Shown: positions 43,221 through 59,580, numbered from the stretch's first letter. The stretch: 64,000 bases of DNA from Stegostoma tigrinum (GCF_030684315.1 NC_081391.1:20730629-20794628); one strand, 5' to 3'. A program made the numbers and translations. The notes: a model not told the origin generated them from the letters alone.

Positions 43221-44669
43221 CCTATAACAGATATTTCTGCTAGGGAACCAGCATGCTAGCAAAAGCTCCTAGATAGAGTTTTAGTTATTCTCTAGTGGAA
43301 GCTTTGAGAAGAACACCAGTCCCTAAGTGAAACTTTCCAACAGAAAGACTTTCCTTTGAAATAAGAATTGAGGAAGATCCTCAGTCCTGCGTGCCTGTAG
43401 ATGACTCATAATCCAAGGATTGAATGAAAGGCTTGCAACCATCTGTCAAAACTGCTTAAACAGACTGATTGACTAACTCTCCAATGTATCCCTCAGATAT
43501 ATCTAAGCATGTGAATTACGATCAAAGATTGGTCTTTAGTTAGAGAGATTGCAATATTTAGCTTTACTCTGCTAAAATTAAACTTACCAATTTAAAATTT
43601 AAGTTAATCTAATTATCTGATTTTCTTTTAACCAGGTTTTACAAACTTTTTTTAAAGCCAAATATTTGGACAAATGAGGATCTTAGAATGTTTTCATTTT
43701 ATTGGTTGAGTCCAGGTTTAGGGAGGCTGATTTGGTTTGACCTATTATTCCAACCCCCCAAAATAACAATGCTCACCCACATTGAAGGTATGGGTTACTG
43801 GCTTTTTTGGGGGGGGGGGGGGGGGGGGGGGCGGGGGGGAAGAAGAAGAAAGAAACCAAACATCTACTGCTTGACCTTTCCCCAAGGGTGAAAAAAAAGC
43901 TTTACTCTACTGGACCAGATCAGGGAATTGGACTGGAGAATTGTCCTTTCACTGAGGATGTTAATAATATCTGTTGTTTTGGAGGTGCAAAAATCAGTTC
44001 TTACCATGACTGGACAGGGTTGGTATGTTATGCTTTGGCAGCATCTTAGCTAAGCTCCTAAATCTAGACAGCAGCTGATTTCCATGTACAGACCAGATAT
44101 GTGGGGTTGGGGTGGGTGAGGTGGAGAAGGAGAAAGGGGGCATTGTTCTCAGGACACAGGTTCACTGCCAATCATTTACCACTGGGAGCTTACCAGAATT
44201 CCAAAAAGGAGTTAAGAAGCCATTCAGGTTGAGTGATGTCTCCTTGTCAGTATACATTTCCATTTAGCATGGTAGAAAATTCATCCATCAAATCACCACC
44301 CATTTTTAAACTTGAAAACTATCCTCTAGTGCAACAAACTGCTTAGAGGCAGAGGTTAAGAAGCCAATGTTTGTCCAAATTGGACATAGTGTCACCTCCC
44401 TGCACTGTTCAGGCAGCTAGGCTCCAACAGCTCCCTCCTTGTCTAGGGCTGCCATTTAAGAGGTGCAGTGACATGACCATTTGGACAAACCAATCAGCTT
44501 TGGGGAGGAGTTTAGGTCACATACAATGCATGGAGGGTAGTAGAAAAACACTTGCTTCAGAGCCATACCAGAACATTGCACCATTGTCACATTTTGGTGA
44601 TCATTGCATGGTACAGTCAAGCTTTGGGTTCAATTAAGTACAAAACATCTAAAAAGCTTGTAAGTATTG

Positions 44670-44970
44670 AATCAGAATCCCTACACAGTGTAGAAACAGG
44701 CCTTTTGACTCCAAGTCCACACCACCCTGTGTATCCCACCCAGACACCATCCCCTATAACCCAACTATTCAGCACATCCTTGGACACAGTTGGGCAGTTT
44801 ACCAGCCTAGACAGGACATCTTTAGACTGTGGGAGGTAACCAAGAGCACCTGCAAGGAAATCTAAACAGACATGGAGAGTGTGTGGGCAAAGTCCACATT
44901 GACAGTTACCAAGCATGGAATTAAGCCAGCCCCTGGCACTGAGGCAGTAGTGCTAAGCACTGAGCCACCA
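44670..44970 (-). mobile_element. V-SINE (HE1-like)
   Basis: CATCTTTAGACTGTGGGAGG.AACC...GCACTGAGGCAGTAGTGCTAAGCACTGAGCCACC. Confidence 0.65.
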
Positions 44971-45155
44971 TGCTTCGATCAGAAAGTAGTAATTGAACCA
45001 GGAGACAGAATCCAGTCCAATATGGAGCAGATTTATTATTGCACATTTTTACAATAGAACCAGGTGTCACTATGCACATCACAAGCCACACTCCATATAC
45101 CTCAGTTACACATTTCACGGTAATAAACACAAGCAGCTTGCTCCCTGCTGGCAGT

Positions 45156-47468
<2,313 letters not shown>

Positions 47469-47489
47469 CTTCACTATAACCAAGACCAC

Positions 47490-47690
47490 TCCAAAACTGA
47501 GCTTTCAGGCCATGAGCTCTTGTATTTATACTTCTGGGAACATGCTGCACTCAACAGGGAATGACATCACCAATGATGATTGACAATCTCTGACAGCCAC
47601 TGAGGAATCGCCATCAATCTAGGCACCAATGAACAAAGGAGAGTCTGAAGGGGCTGGGGGAAGGGACTGAGCTTGAGAGCCAATCAGAGA
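47490..47690 (-). promoter_or_regulatory. Proximal promoter of ferritin copy 7
   Basis: TATAAATA 47530-47523; TTCTGGGAA 47532-47540; TGCACTC 47546-47552; TGACATCA 47562-47569; CCAAT boxes; AACAAAG. Confidence 0.75.
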
Positions 47691-48365
47691 TTCAGAATAC
47701 AGAGAGGTTTCAAAGTTTAATCCCAATCATGTCATTGAATTTGGCCCAATTGATTGTATTGAGATTTAAAAGTGTCTCAGATTCTGGAACCCCAACTTTG
47801 AATTTTGACACCTCATTCATTTTGAAGGAGTTTCAGAATCTGCAAGTGTTTAATCATCAGGAACCACATCTTTGAATTTGGTGATAATTTGTTACTTTTG
47901 CTGGAGCAGCTTTACATAACCTGGTCAAGTTTGTTTCTCCTGAGGAGATTTGGAGCTGATACAACACTCAAAGGAATGAAGTTGTCTTGAATTCAAGCTG
48001 AATTTGCAAACCAGCCATTGGATAGAGAAATGAAAATGTGAGAATGGGAGTGAGTGAACGCGACTGAATCCTGTGTCATTCAGACACTCATCTCCCATTG
48101 GCTGAAGCTGGTCTTTTCCTGCCATCAATGTTGGTTTTTTTTAATTAGTCCTTCACTGGTGAACTTTCAACATTGCTGAGGAATGTTTGAGTCTGATTGG
48201 AAAGGATGCAAATTTTCTCAAGCTGTTTGACTCAACATTGATTCATAGACTCAGATAAGGCCATTTATCCCATGTGCCTGTGCCAGCTGTGAATTAACTC
48301 GGCAGTTTCAATCCATTTGCCCACTTCTACCATATTTCCTTTCGTGTATGTGACAATTGTACATC

Positions 48366-49644
48366 TGTAAGTAATGTATTTTTGTCCTGGGTTTATGTTT
48401 TAAAGAGAAATGTTAAGGCAGAGGTACTGAGTAATCTATTTGTGTTCAATAAAGTAAACAGCTTGTGAGGTAATGGTTTTCTTTTTAAATTGGAACAATA
48501 GACGCAGCCTGAACGGGTGGACTCAAGCTGCCCCAGAGCCAACGTTTTTAAGTTAGTAAGTTTTCAGTGGCAGTTGCTGCTGGGGTCTTGAAGCCAGATG
48601 TGGAAGCTGCTTTTCCTCTCTCTGTTACAGCTACAAGCTGGGAGTTCTCCTCTGGCCGTTAGAATTGCATGTGAGACAATCTATTCACTGAATCTGCCAT
48701 TGCCAAGGGCGTGTTTATGGGCTATTATATACTGGAACAGTTAATTATTAACAATTAAATACTCTATTATTCTGATAAGTTTCCCAACAGGTAAGCTTTC
48801 CAACTTCTTCTTTCTTTTGTTGTATTTTAACTACAGTTTATGAATAAAGTGTGTTTTACATCAAGCCTGGTATTTTGACTAATCAAATTGCATCTGGCAC
48901 GCAATGTCTGGAATTTGCCATTAATATGAGAAAATGCTAGAGTCCAGGCTATCATAGAAACATTGAAAGTAGATGCAATGTGATCCTGGCTGATCATGCA
49001 ATCTCAGTATCCTGTTCCCATTTTCTCTCCATACCCCTTGATCCCTTTAGCCTTAAGGGCCCTGTCCAGCTCCCTTTTGAAGAAATCTAACAAACTGAAC
49101 CCAACTGCTTTCTGTGGGGGTGAATTCCACAGGTTCACAACTCTGAGAGAGGAAATTCTTCCTCATTTTACTCCTGAGTGACCTTTCCTTTATTCTTAGA
49201 CTGTAAACCCTCGTTCTTGACCTCTCAAACATTGGGAACATTCTTCCTGCATCTACCCTGTCCAGTGTCAACAGGATTTTATATGTTTCAATGAAATCCC
49301 CCTCAGTCTTCTAAATCCCAGTGAGTACAAGCCCATTCCTCATATGTCAGTCCTGCCTACCCAGGAAACAGACTGGAGAATCTTTGTTGGATTCCTTCAA
49401 GAGTAAGAACTTCCTTCCTCAGACCAGGAAACCAAAACTGCACACAGTACTCAAGGTGTGGCCCCACTAAGGCCCTGTGTGACTGCAGCAAGTCACCCTT
49501 GTTCCGATATTCAAATCCTCTTGCTGTGAAGGCTGGCATGCCATTGGCTTTCCTCATTGCCTGCTGTACCTGCATGCCAACCTTCGGTGACTGTTCCACC
49601 ATTCTCTTTGTATATGTTAAGGGGGTTTGGTCTGATCCATAACG
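48366..49644 (+). mobile_element. Solo-LTR-like repeat with nested antisense CR1 fragment (~48952-49600)
   Basis: Starts TGTAAG, AATAAA near 48843, ends GATCCATAACG; nested minus ORF has ALVGPHLEYCVQFW. Confidence 0.55.
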
Positions 49645-50539
49645 TGTGCATATCTGACATCTTCATGAAAGCTACTATTTAATCTGCTTCTGCCATTGTC
49701 TCAGATTATGAACTCTAGAACTTAACAACCTGGCTCTCCCTGTGGTTCTTTTGCATCAATACTGTTCCTCATGAAAATCTCCCATGTTAACATCTGGATT
49801 AATCAGAGACATTCAGTTCCTGGATGTGGGGATGCAAACTGTTGCCTTGGGGTTAATCTCTGCGATCAGTGGGAAGTGACAGAGAGGGGTGCCTGGAGCT
49901 ACCAATCCCCATTCAGGCACTGGCCTCTTGGGAGAGATGCCACTAATTGACCCACCTAAACAGAAAATATATCCATAAATTTCCCCCATCCCTGTCAAAA
50001 ATGAGCCGAAAGACACAGAATGCCCTGTCGTCATAGAAGGCTATGTTCGCAATACTGGACATCACGTAGTCACTCAGTGCTGTTGGATTGGTCACTGTTT
50101 TTAATGTTTCTCATCTTGGGGTGAAACTGTGAGTTGAAGTTAAGAATTAAACAGCAGACTTTGAGTATCAGCTTGTTTTAATAAACAAATAGGAAAGAAA
50201 AGATAAACTGATATGTCTTTATGGTAAGTAGCCTCGAAAGTTGATTGCTGTTTGAAGATTGGTCAAAGATTTGGGCTTCAGATCAAAATGACAGGTCGGC
50301 ACAACATCGAGGGCCGAAGGGCCTGTACTGTGCCGTAATGTTCTATGTTCTATGTTCTATGTAAAGAGCAGTCTGGATGGTGACACACTTGGGGCACAAG
50401 GCCTGGCAGCTGCTTGGATGTTGAAAAAGGCAATCGAAGGGGGAGACAGTGTTGACTGCTCAAGCAGAGAGAACTTTGGGGAAAGGAGAAAGCAAAAATT
50501 GATCAGGGTCTGACTGGCTTTTGTTTGGCAGAAGGCAGC

Positions 50540-51930
50540 GTCATGGAGTCGTACAGCTCAGAAACAGACCCTTCGGTCTAACTCGTCCATGCTGATCAAG
50601 TTTCACAAAACTAAACTGGCCCCATTTGCCTGCTCTTAGCCCAAATCCCTCAAACTTTTCTATTGACGTACTTGTCCAAATGTCTATTAAATTTTGTAAC
50701 TGTACATGGATCTACAATTTTCTGGCAGTTCATTCCACATGCGAACCACTCTCTGTATGAAAAGGTCACCCCTTTTAAATCTTTCTCCTCTCACTTAAGA
50801 ATATGTTGTCTGGTGTTGAACTCGCCCTCCAACCCCCTTGTCGGGAAAGGACCTGTGCTATTCACTTTATCTATGTCCTACAGGATTTTATTAATGTCTA
50901 TTAGGCCACCCCTCAACCTCCTACACTCCTGTGAAAGAAGTCACAGCTTCTCTAGACCCCTTTCCAATTTAATAATATCCTTCCTATAACACGGTGACCA
51001 GAACTGGACAGAGTATGCCAAAACTAGTCGTATCAACGCCCTCTCGAATCACATCATGGCTTCCCAACTCGTACACTCACTGGTCTGAGGAATGAATGTG
51101 CTTGTACTAAATGCTGTCTTTACCACCCTGTCTACATGTGGTGCTGCTTTCAATGAACTGTGTACCTGAAACTGGGGCCTCTCTCGCCAGCGACATTTCC
51201 CAGGACACTATCTATCATTGACAGGATAGGTTCTGCCCTTGTTTGTCTGACCAAAATGCAACACCTCACATTTGTTTAAATTAAACTCCACCAGTCCAAG
51301 TGATCGAGATCCCTTTGCAGTCTTAGGCAACCTTCTTCACTATGTAATATACCACCAATTTTGCAATCACCTGCAAACTTGCTGACCATGCTTCTTAAAT
51401 TCTAATCCGAATTGTTTTATATAAATGACAATCAACAGTGAACCCAGCACCGAGCCCTATGGAACATCACTGATCACAGGCATCCAGTATGAAAACATTC
51501 CTTTACCACCACCCGCTCTCAGTCTTACCGTCAAACAAAGTTTGTAACCAATTGGCAAGCTCTCCTTGACATGTAACTTTACTAATCAGTCTATCACAGG
51601 CAACCATGTCAAATGCTTCACAAACGTCATGTAGACAATATATACCACCCTACCCTCATCTCTCTCTTTGGTCATGTCCTTAAAAAGGACCATCAAGTTT
51701 GAGAGACATGGTATCTCACACACAAAGCTTTGCCGACCATACACAATCTCTTCTTGCATCTTCAAATGCACATAAAACCTCTCTCAAACCCCTCCAACAA
51801 CCTCTCCATCACTAGCACCAAACCAACGCATCTATATTTGTCAGGCTCCTCCTTACAGCCTTTATACTAATAAAGGCAAACGTTAGCCACTCTCCAGTCC
51901 TCTCGTTCCTCACTCATGGTTGTACATGAT
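50540..51930 (-). mobile_element. Degenerate CR1 LINE fragment
   Basis: Minus ORF 51586-51771 (CLSNLMVLFKDMTKERDEGRVVYIVYM) matches the CR1 RT. Confidence 0.75.
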
Positions 51931-52614
51931 CCAGGTATCTGTTAGTGGCCAGTGAAAGCTAGAGGGTGGAGCTTTAGTTACTTTCTAGATTACACCCAGT
52001 TATCAAATTATTGGAAGCTCTGAGAAGAAGAGCCCCAGTCTATCAGACACGTAGTAAAAGTCTCCAACAGAATCTTTTTGCATTGGCTGCAGAATTCAAG
52101 CAAGGTACATCTGGCGAATGATTCATTAGTCAAGATTACATGAAGGTTTTGCACCAAGCTTTTAAAACTGCCGAAGTTAACTGACCAGTTGATCAACTTA
52201 ACTGTTTCTGTTCATGAAAGAATAGGTTAGGACTCAAGATTGGTTTAAATCAGAGACATTAAATCACTGTCCTTAGCTTTGCTCGGCTATTACAATATTA
52301 ATGAAGTAACTTGCTTAAGCCTTAGATTTGGTACCTGATTTACTTCTAACCAGGCTTTAAGACATAACATCTGGGCAACAAGGGTGGTAGAATGTTTGAG
52401 TTTTATATATCATGACATAGGGAAGCTGATTTGGTTTGACTTACTATCCCAACGTCACCCACATCAGAGACCTCTGGTTAAAATTGTATCAGAGATAATG
52501 GGAACAAAAACACTTTTGTGCTCCTAAGATGCTGCTTGACCTGCTGTGTTCATCCAGCTCCATGCCTGGTGATTTCAAAAGCCTCTGGTCACTGGCTCTG
52601 CAGAAAAATAAATC

Positions 52615-54990
52615 GTAAATGGAGCAGTTTTTGTAAGGTGTGTTCAGGAGGGTTTCCTAACGCAGTACGTTGACAGGCCGACGAGGGGAGAGGCCATTCT
52701 AGACTTGGTGCTCGGAAACGAGCCGGGGCAGGTATCAGATCTTGTGGTGGGAGAGCATTTTGGTGATAGTGACCATAACTGCCTCACATTCTACATAGCT
52801 ATGGAGAAGGAGAGGATTAGGCAAAATGGGAGGATATTTAATTGGGGAAGAGGAAACTATGACGCGATTAGACATGAGTTAGGAAGCATGGACTGGGAGC
52901 AATTGTTTCATGGTAAGGGAGCTATAGACATGTGGAGACTGTTTAAGGAACAGTTGTTGTGAGTGATGAGTAAATATGTCCCTCTGAGACAGGCAAGAAG
53001 GGGTAAGATAAAGGAACCTTGGATGACGAGAGCGGTGGAGCTTCTCGTCAAAAGGAAGAAGGTAGCTTCCATAAGGTGGAGGAAGCTAGGGTCAAGCTCA
53101 GCTCTAGAGGATTACAGGCAGGCGAGGAAAGAGCTCAAAAATGGTCTGAGGAGAGCCAGGAAGGGGCACGAGAAAGGCTTGGCAGAAGGAATCCGGGAAA
53201 ACACAAAGGCATTTTACACTTATGTGAGGAATAAGAGAATGGTCAAAGAAAGAGTCGGGCCGATCAGGGATAGCATAGGGAACTTGTGTGTGGAGTCTGA
53301 GGAGGTAGGGGAAGCCCTAAATGAGTTTTTTGCTTCTGTCTTTACGAATCAAACAAAGTTTGTAGTGAATGAAACCTTTGAAGAGCAGGTGTGCATGCTG
53401 GAATGGATAGAGATGGAGGAAGCTGATGTGCTGAAAATTCTGTCAAACATTAAAATTGACAAGTCGCCAGGCCCGGACCAGATTTGTCCTCGGCTGCTTT
53501 GGGAAGCGAGAAATGTAATTGCTTCGCCACTTGCGAAGATCTTTGCATCCTCGCTCTTCACTGGAGTCGTACCTGAGGACTGGAGAGAGGCAAATGTAAT
53601 TCCTCTCTTCAAGAAAGGAAATAGGGAAATCCCCGGCAATTAAAGACCAGTAAGTCTCACGTCTGTTGTCTGCAAGGTGTTAGAAAGAATTCTGAGGGAT
53701 AGGATTTATGACCATATGGAAGAGCATGGCTTGATCAAATACAGTCAACACGGCTTTGTGAGGGGTAGGTCATGCCTCACAAACCTTATTGAGTTCTTTG
53801 AGGATGTGACTAGTAAGGTTGATGAGGGTCGAGCTGTGGATGTGGTGTATATGGACTTCAGTAAGGCATTTGATAAGGTTCCCCATGGTAGGCTCATTCA
53901 GAAGGTCAGGAGGAATGGGATACAAGGGAACTTAGCTGCTTGGATACAGAATTGGCTGGCCAACAGAAGACAGCGAGTGGTAGTAGAAGGAAAATATTCT
54001 GCCTGGAAGTCAGTGGTGAGTGGGGTTCCACAGGGCTCTGTCCTTGGGCCTCTACTGTTTGTAATTTTTATTAATGACTTGGATGAGGGGATTGAAGGAT
54101 GGGTCAGCAAGTTTGCAGACGACACAAAGGTCGGAGGTGTCGTTGACAGTATAGACGGCTGTTGTAGGCTGCAGCGGGACATTGACAGGATGCAGAGATG
54201 GGCTGAGAGGTGGCAGATGGAGTTCAACCTGGATAAATGCGAGGTGATGCATTTTGGAAGGTCGAAATTGAAAGCTGAGTACAGGATTAAGGATAGGATT
54301 CTTGGCAGTGTGGAGGAGCAGAGGGATCTTGGTGTGCAGATACATAGATCCTTTAAAATGGCCACCCAAGTGGACAGGGTTGTTAAGAAAGCATATGGTG
54401 TTTTGGCTTTCATTAACAGGGGGATTGAGTTTAAGAGTCGTGAGATCTTGTTGCAGCTCTATAAAACTTTGGTTTGACCGCACTTGGAATACTGCATCCA
54501 GTTCTGGGCGCCGTATTATAGGAAAGATGTGGATGCTTTGGAGAGGGTTCAGAGGAGGTTTACCAGGATGCTGCCTGGACTGGAGGGCTTATCTTATGAA
54601 GAGAGGTTGACTGAGCTCGGTCTCTTTTCATTGGAGAAAAGGAGGAGGAGAGGGGACCTAATTGAGGTATACAAGATAATGAGAGGCATAGATAGAGTTG
54701 ATAGCCAGAGACTATTTCCCAGGGCAGAAATGGCTAGCACGAGGGGTCATAGTTTTAAGCTGGTCGGTGGAAAGTAGAGAGGGGATGTCAGAGGAAGGTT
54801 CTTTACACAGAGAGTTGTGAGCGCATGGAATGCGTTGCCAGCAGCAGTTGTGGAAGCAAGGTCATTGGGGTCATTTAAGAGACTGCTGGACATGCATACG
54901 GTCACAGAAACTTGAGGGTGCATACATGAGGATCAATGGTCGGCACAACATTGTGGGCTGAAGGGCCTGTTCTGTGCTCTACTGTTCTAT
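52615..54990 (+). mobile_element. Young 5'-truncated CR1 LINE; ORF2 in a single frame with four premature stops
   Basis: Endonuclease C-terminus (GEHFGDSDHN), KSPGPD, VPEDWREANVIPLFKKG, FADD motif; stops at 52960, 53641, 54475, 54775; near-identical to 34057-35305. Confidence 0.95.
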
Positions 54991-56144
54991 ATCTATCAAT
55001 TGTCCCTTTCAACGAGGAAGTGGAAAATGGAAAACTGTCCACTCGTGAGGAGAATCGTCCTTTAGGCATGAGGACTTTGCTTTTAGCACCTCCAAAAATA
55101 TTTATATGCCTCGGTGAGAGGACTGCAACACTGTGCATTTGCAGTATCTTGACTAAACTCCTACATCTAAAGATCAGCTGATTGAAGCTTGCTGCTGAAA
55201 TTGCAAATCAAGATGACCCACAGCCACCTAATAGTATTGCCAGAACAATTCCGTTTGAGCATAAGGATGCAACAGACTCAAGGGGTTTTTTTTTGATGAG
55301 GGTGCTTCTTAGTTTGTGTTTCAGTGTCAATGGAACATGACTGTGGGTAAAGAAAAAGTTAACTTGTGTAGACCAGTAAAAACAAACCCCGCCCCCCCCC
55401 CTCAATACTCTGAAGGCCTTGCTGAAATGGATGATTTCCTGCAACTGCTGCCCCCTTTTGAGAGGATTCATAGTGGGGCAGAATATCAGAACAGAACAGA
55501 ACCAAGCCCCACACAAGGCAAGGGGCAAGACAGCCCCAGGGAGAAGTTAGAGCAGCACCCAGAGGTAGGGGGAAACACGCACACGTCTCTACATCCAAAA
55601 ATGGCTCCAGCCAGTTCATAAAAGGAGTTAGTTTGTGTTTGAGGAGAGTTTTAAAAACTAAAAAAAACCCACACATTCCCCACCCGAGAGAAATTAGTCA
55701 CTCGTGGCAACAGGGCTCTTCCTTGCTGGGTCCGTCGCAATCGAGGACTGCCATCCAAGATCAGCAGCATCTGGCCAAGGAGGATTAAGGTCAGGGTACT
55801 GTGTAGGGAGGGGATTAGTAACAACACTTGCTCAGGGGCACAAACCAGGCAGTTACACCATCTTCTTATGTTGGCCATCATTGCACGTTACAGGTTTCAG
55901 ATTAACTACACAGCATCGATCACTCGGCAAAGCATTCTGGCAAGTCAGCAGTCCAGATTGGAAAGCAATAAATGGAGACCACCCAGAGAAAGAAAGAATC
56001 CAGTCCAATATGGAGCAGATTTATTATTGCACATTTGACAATAGAACCAGGTGTCACACGATGCACATCACAAACCACACTCCCTATACCTCAGTTACAC
56101 ATTTCACAGTAATAAACACAAGCAGCTTGCTCCCTGCAGTCAGT

Positions 56145-58372
56145 TCAGTCACTCTCCCCCAGGGTGAGCCTGTCAAACAGGTACTCTCCCATGCCATTGT
56201 CAAGGGCTCCCAGTCTCTTCAGGTTGGTGATGTGATCTCCCAGCTTCTTAATCATCTTCACTTGCTCATCCAAGTAGTGCCTCTCCAGGAAGTCACACAG
56301 CTAGAATAAAAAAAAAACAAACAAGTGAATTTCTCCCGAAACATTTGGAGATTCGCATCCTTTGGAAATGGAGATTTAGTGGTATCGAGATGGTTTAATA
56401 GAGAGAAAAACCAATGAGAAAATAATGTGGTGTTGATGGAAGACAAAGCACTGGTGAATCACCTTTTGTAATACTGTGTGCAGTTCCAGTCACCCAGAGA
56501 GACAGTGGATATTAAGCTGCAGGGGGCTCAGGAGAGATTTACTGGGATGTTGTCTGGTATAGAAGGTGGAGTTAAGAAAGGCTGGAACGTTTTTCCAACT
56601 GGAGCATAGGTGGTTGAGGGGTGACAAGATCATGAGTATAGATAGGGTTAAATGGCAAGTGTCTTTTCTCTAGGATTAGGTGGCAATTTAAGGAGCCAGA
56701 AATAAAGGACATAAGCATCTTTTTGATGAGTGGTTTGCATGTGGAAGGAACAGCAACCAAGTCGTTTTATACATTGTAAAACTACAATGAATAGGGGCAG
56801 TTGGTAGGGAAGTGGGCCAAGTACAGGCAGGTGGGACTAGCTTAGTTTGGGCTTACATGCAGCATGTACTGAAGGGTCCGTTTCTGTGCTGTCTGTCTGA
56901 CTTCAGACCACAGCCAAGCATTTTTGACTCACATGAGGGTCCACGCGATCAGAGGAGAGTTTGTGCAGATTCAGCAGACTCTGGTTCACATCCTTCTCCA
57001 TCTGCAGAGCTCTCTGCACTGCCTCCAAGCCATTGCCCCACTCATCCTGCTCTGGCTTCTGGAGGGAGGGAAGAGACAGATGTTTCAGTGAAAAATGAAG
57101 GGGAAGTGCAAAGCAATGAGATTGAAAAAAGGTATCTAGGAATAGCGTGGGCCATTTAACATTACCCCAGCAGAATTCAAGCTTCAAATCCATATCTAGT
57201 TCAGGTCATTACAATGTAGGAGGATACACCAACCTTGATGTCCTGCAGGAGGACACGACCTCCACGTTTATTCTGGAATGCCATCAGTTTCTCAGCGTGT
57301 TCCTGTTCCTCTTGGGACTGCTCCTTGAAGAACTCAGCAAAGTTACGCAGGGCAACATCATCCCGGTCAAAGTAAGAGAACTATTGGAAAAGAGAAAGAC
57401 CAATGACAGTACGTTTATTTAATAATTAGATTTGGATTTTTTTTTTGCTTGTTAGAGACTGTTCTTTAAAATCAATAAGAACCAGAAAACAAAGAAATCT
57501 GAAACTTCCTCCAGGTATATAGACAAAAAGCAGCCAAAAGACAGGGATGGTTCAATTTCACTTCTACAATTTCTGAATCTCATTCAGGTCAAGATAGCAG
57601 CTTAAATCTGTGTATTCAGATAACTGAAACTATTATAAGATGAGGACCATCTGCCCATTAGCCTGCAGATTTAATACTTTGCTCAACCATTAAAATGTGG
57701 CCAGGAACTTTAAAGTCAGTGCAAGAGGCTGCTGAACAGCTCAGGCACAGGATCTCACTGGGTTTGGGGGATTTAGAAAGCAGCTTGGTGCATTAAAGCT
57801 CTTTGGGGGAAGTGAAGCACATTCTATGTAAATAGACATAAAAGGAGCAACTTTCAAACAGATTTAACAAGCCCATGGGAATCCCCAACATTTCACCAGT
57901 TACTTGTTGACTAAATGGGTTTGTCTAGGAATTTCAACTTGGTTGCCACTATGTTATATGACCTTAGTTGAATTAGGGCCAGATAAAACTCCCAAACGAG
58001 TGGATCGGAAAGTATTGTTTTTGAGGAACAGGCAGAACTTGAACCCAGGCTTCCTAGCTCAGGAGTAGACAAGAGCCCAGTTAAGGGCTTTGTACATCAG
58101 GTCTTAATGCAGGTCAGGTGCAGTAACCAACAGTTACTTCAACATCATTCCTCACTAAAAGCATGAACGACACAACTAACAACCAGCTCCCAATTCCTAA
58201 CAAAATGGCATCAATTGAAGTGTAACAGAACACAGCCCAAATAAATTTCAGAATGCAGCACCAGGCTCACCATGGAGAGGTAAACATAGGAGGAATAGAG
58301 CTCCAGGTTGATCTGCTTGTTAACAGCATCCTCACAGTCCTTGTGGTAGTTCTGACACACTTGGGAGGACAT
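56145..58372 (-). CDS. Ferritin heavy-B/middle-subunit-like, copy 8 (intact ORF, 176 aa; degenerate TATA)
   Basis: Exons 58372-58271, 57380-57234, 57058-56933, 56300-56145; MSSQVCQ..., [22 protein letters not shown]...LTLGESD*. AATAAA 56025-56020. Confidence 0.88.
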
Positions 58373-58399
58373 CCTCACTATTCCAACTCACTATAACCT

Positions 58400-58595
58400 A
58401 GACTAATCTCAAATTAAACCTCACACCCACAACCTCTGGCATTTGTACTGCTGAGATATCTTGCATTCGACCAGGGAATGGTGTCACCAATTATACTGGC
58501 AGCCAATCAGGGATAGCCCATCCACCCAGGCACCAATGAACAAAGGAGATGGGGATGTGGAGGAGGAGCTGAGATTCAGAGCCAATCAGAGATCT
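58400..58595 (-). promoter_or_regulatory. Proximal promoter of ferritin copy 8 (TATA changed to TACAAAT)
   Basis: TACAAAT at 58447-58441; four CCAAT boxes and AACAAAG retained. Confidence 0.6.
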
Positions 58596-59059
58596 GGGTT
58601 ACAAGGCTGTTTGGGAAATTCATCTCGTTGATCACACTGCTTTCAGGTTCAATGATGCTTTGCAAGTCTGAAGTAGCCTCACCTGATAACACTCTGGAAC
58701 CTTAACTTTGGATTTAATGACAATTCCTCATATTTGCTGAGGAAGAAGTTCATGGTGCCAAACAGATACACTGCTCTGAACAATCTGAGCTGCCTTAAGG
58801 GAATCTGCAAAGCAGCCATTGGACGGAGAAATGGGAATGTGGGAATGAGAGGGAGTGAACATGAATAAATTCAGTGTCACTCACCGACTCGTCTCCCGGT
58901 GGTTGCAGTGAGTTTGGGAACAGCTGGTCTCTTCGTGCCTGTTGATGTTGCTTGTTCGATGGGACCTTTTTTGGTCGACTGGAAATGTGGCCAAGGAAAA
59001 TTTGAATCTGACTGAAATCAATTTAGAGCTACTTCAACACTTTGGCTCATCAGAAGAGT

Positions 59060-59580
59060 ATAAGAAAGAGAAGCAGGATTAGGCCATCTAGCCCATTAAG
59101 CCATTCATGGCCAATAATTTCATGGACTCAGCTCCACTTACCCACCCAATTATCATCACCCTTAGTTCCTTTCCTGTTCAAAAACCTGTCTATCTTTGCC
59201 TTAAAAACATTAAACAAGGTAGCTTCAACTGCTTCACTGGGCAGGGAATTCCACAGACTCACAACCCTTTGGGTGAAGAAGTCCCTCCTCAGCTCAGTCC
59301 TAAATCTGCTCACCTTTAATTTCAGGCTACGCCCCACAGATCTAGTTTCACCAGCCAGTGTAACCAGCTTCCATGCTTCTGTCTTATGTGTTCCTTTCAC
59401 AATTTCACGTGTTTCTACAAGTCCCTGCGTCATTCTTCTAAATTCCAATATGTATGGTCCCAGTCTACTCAAAAACTCCTCATAAAGTAATCCGCTCAAT
59501 TTTGGAATCAACCTAGTGAACCTCCTCTGCACCCCCTCCGTGCCACTGAATGACCAATGAGACCAAAACTGTAGGCAGCT
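59060..59580 (-). mobile_element. CR1 LINE 3' fragment
   Basis: ORF 59128-59586: EGVQRRFTRLIP...RRDFFTQRVVSLWNSLP. Confidence 0.8.

Noticed and set aside
43808-43838. Poly-G run as a functional G-quadruplex
   Set aside because: Homopolymer runs are common here, error-prone, and not positionally conserved between copies.
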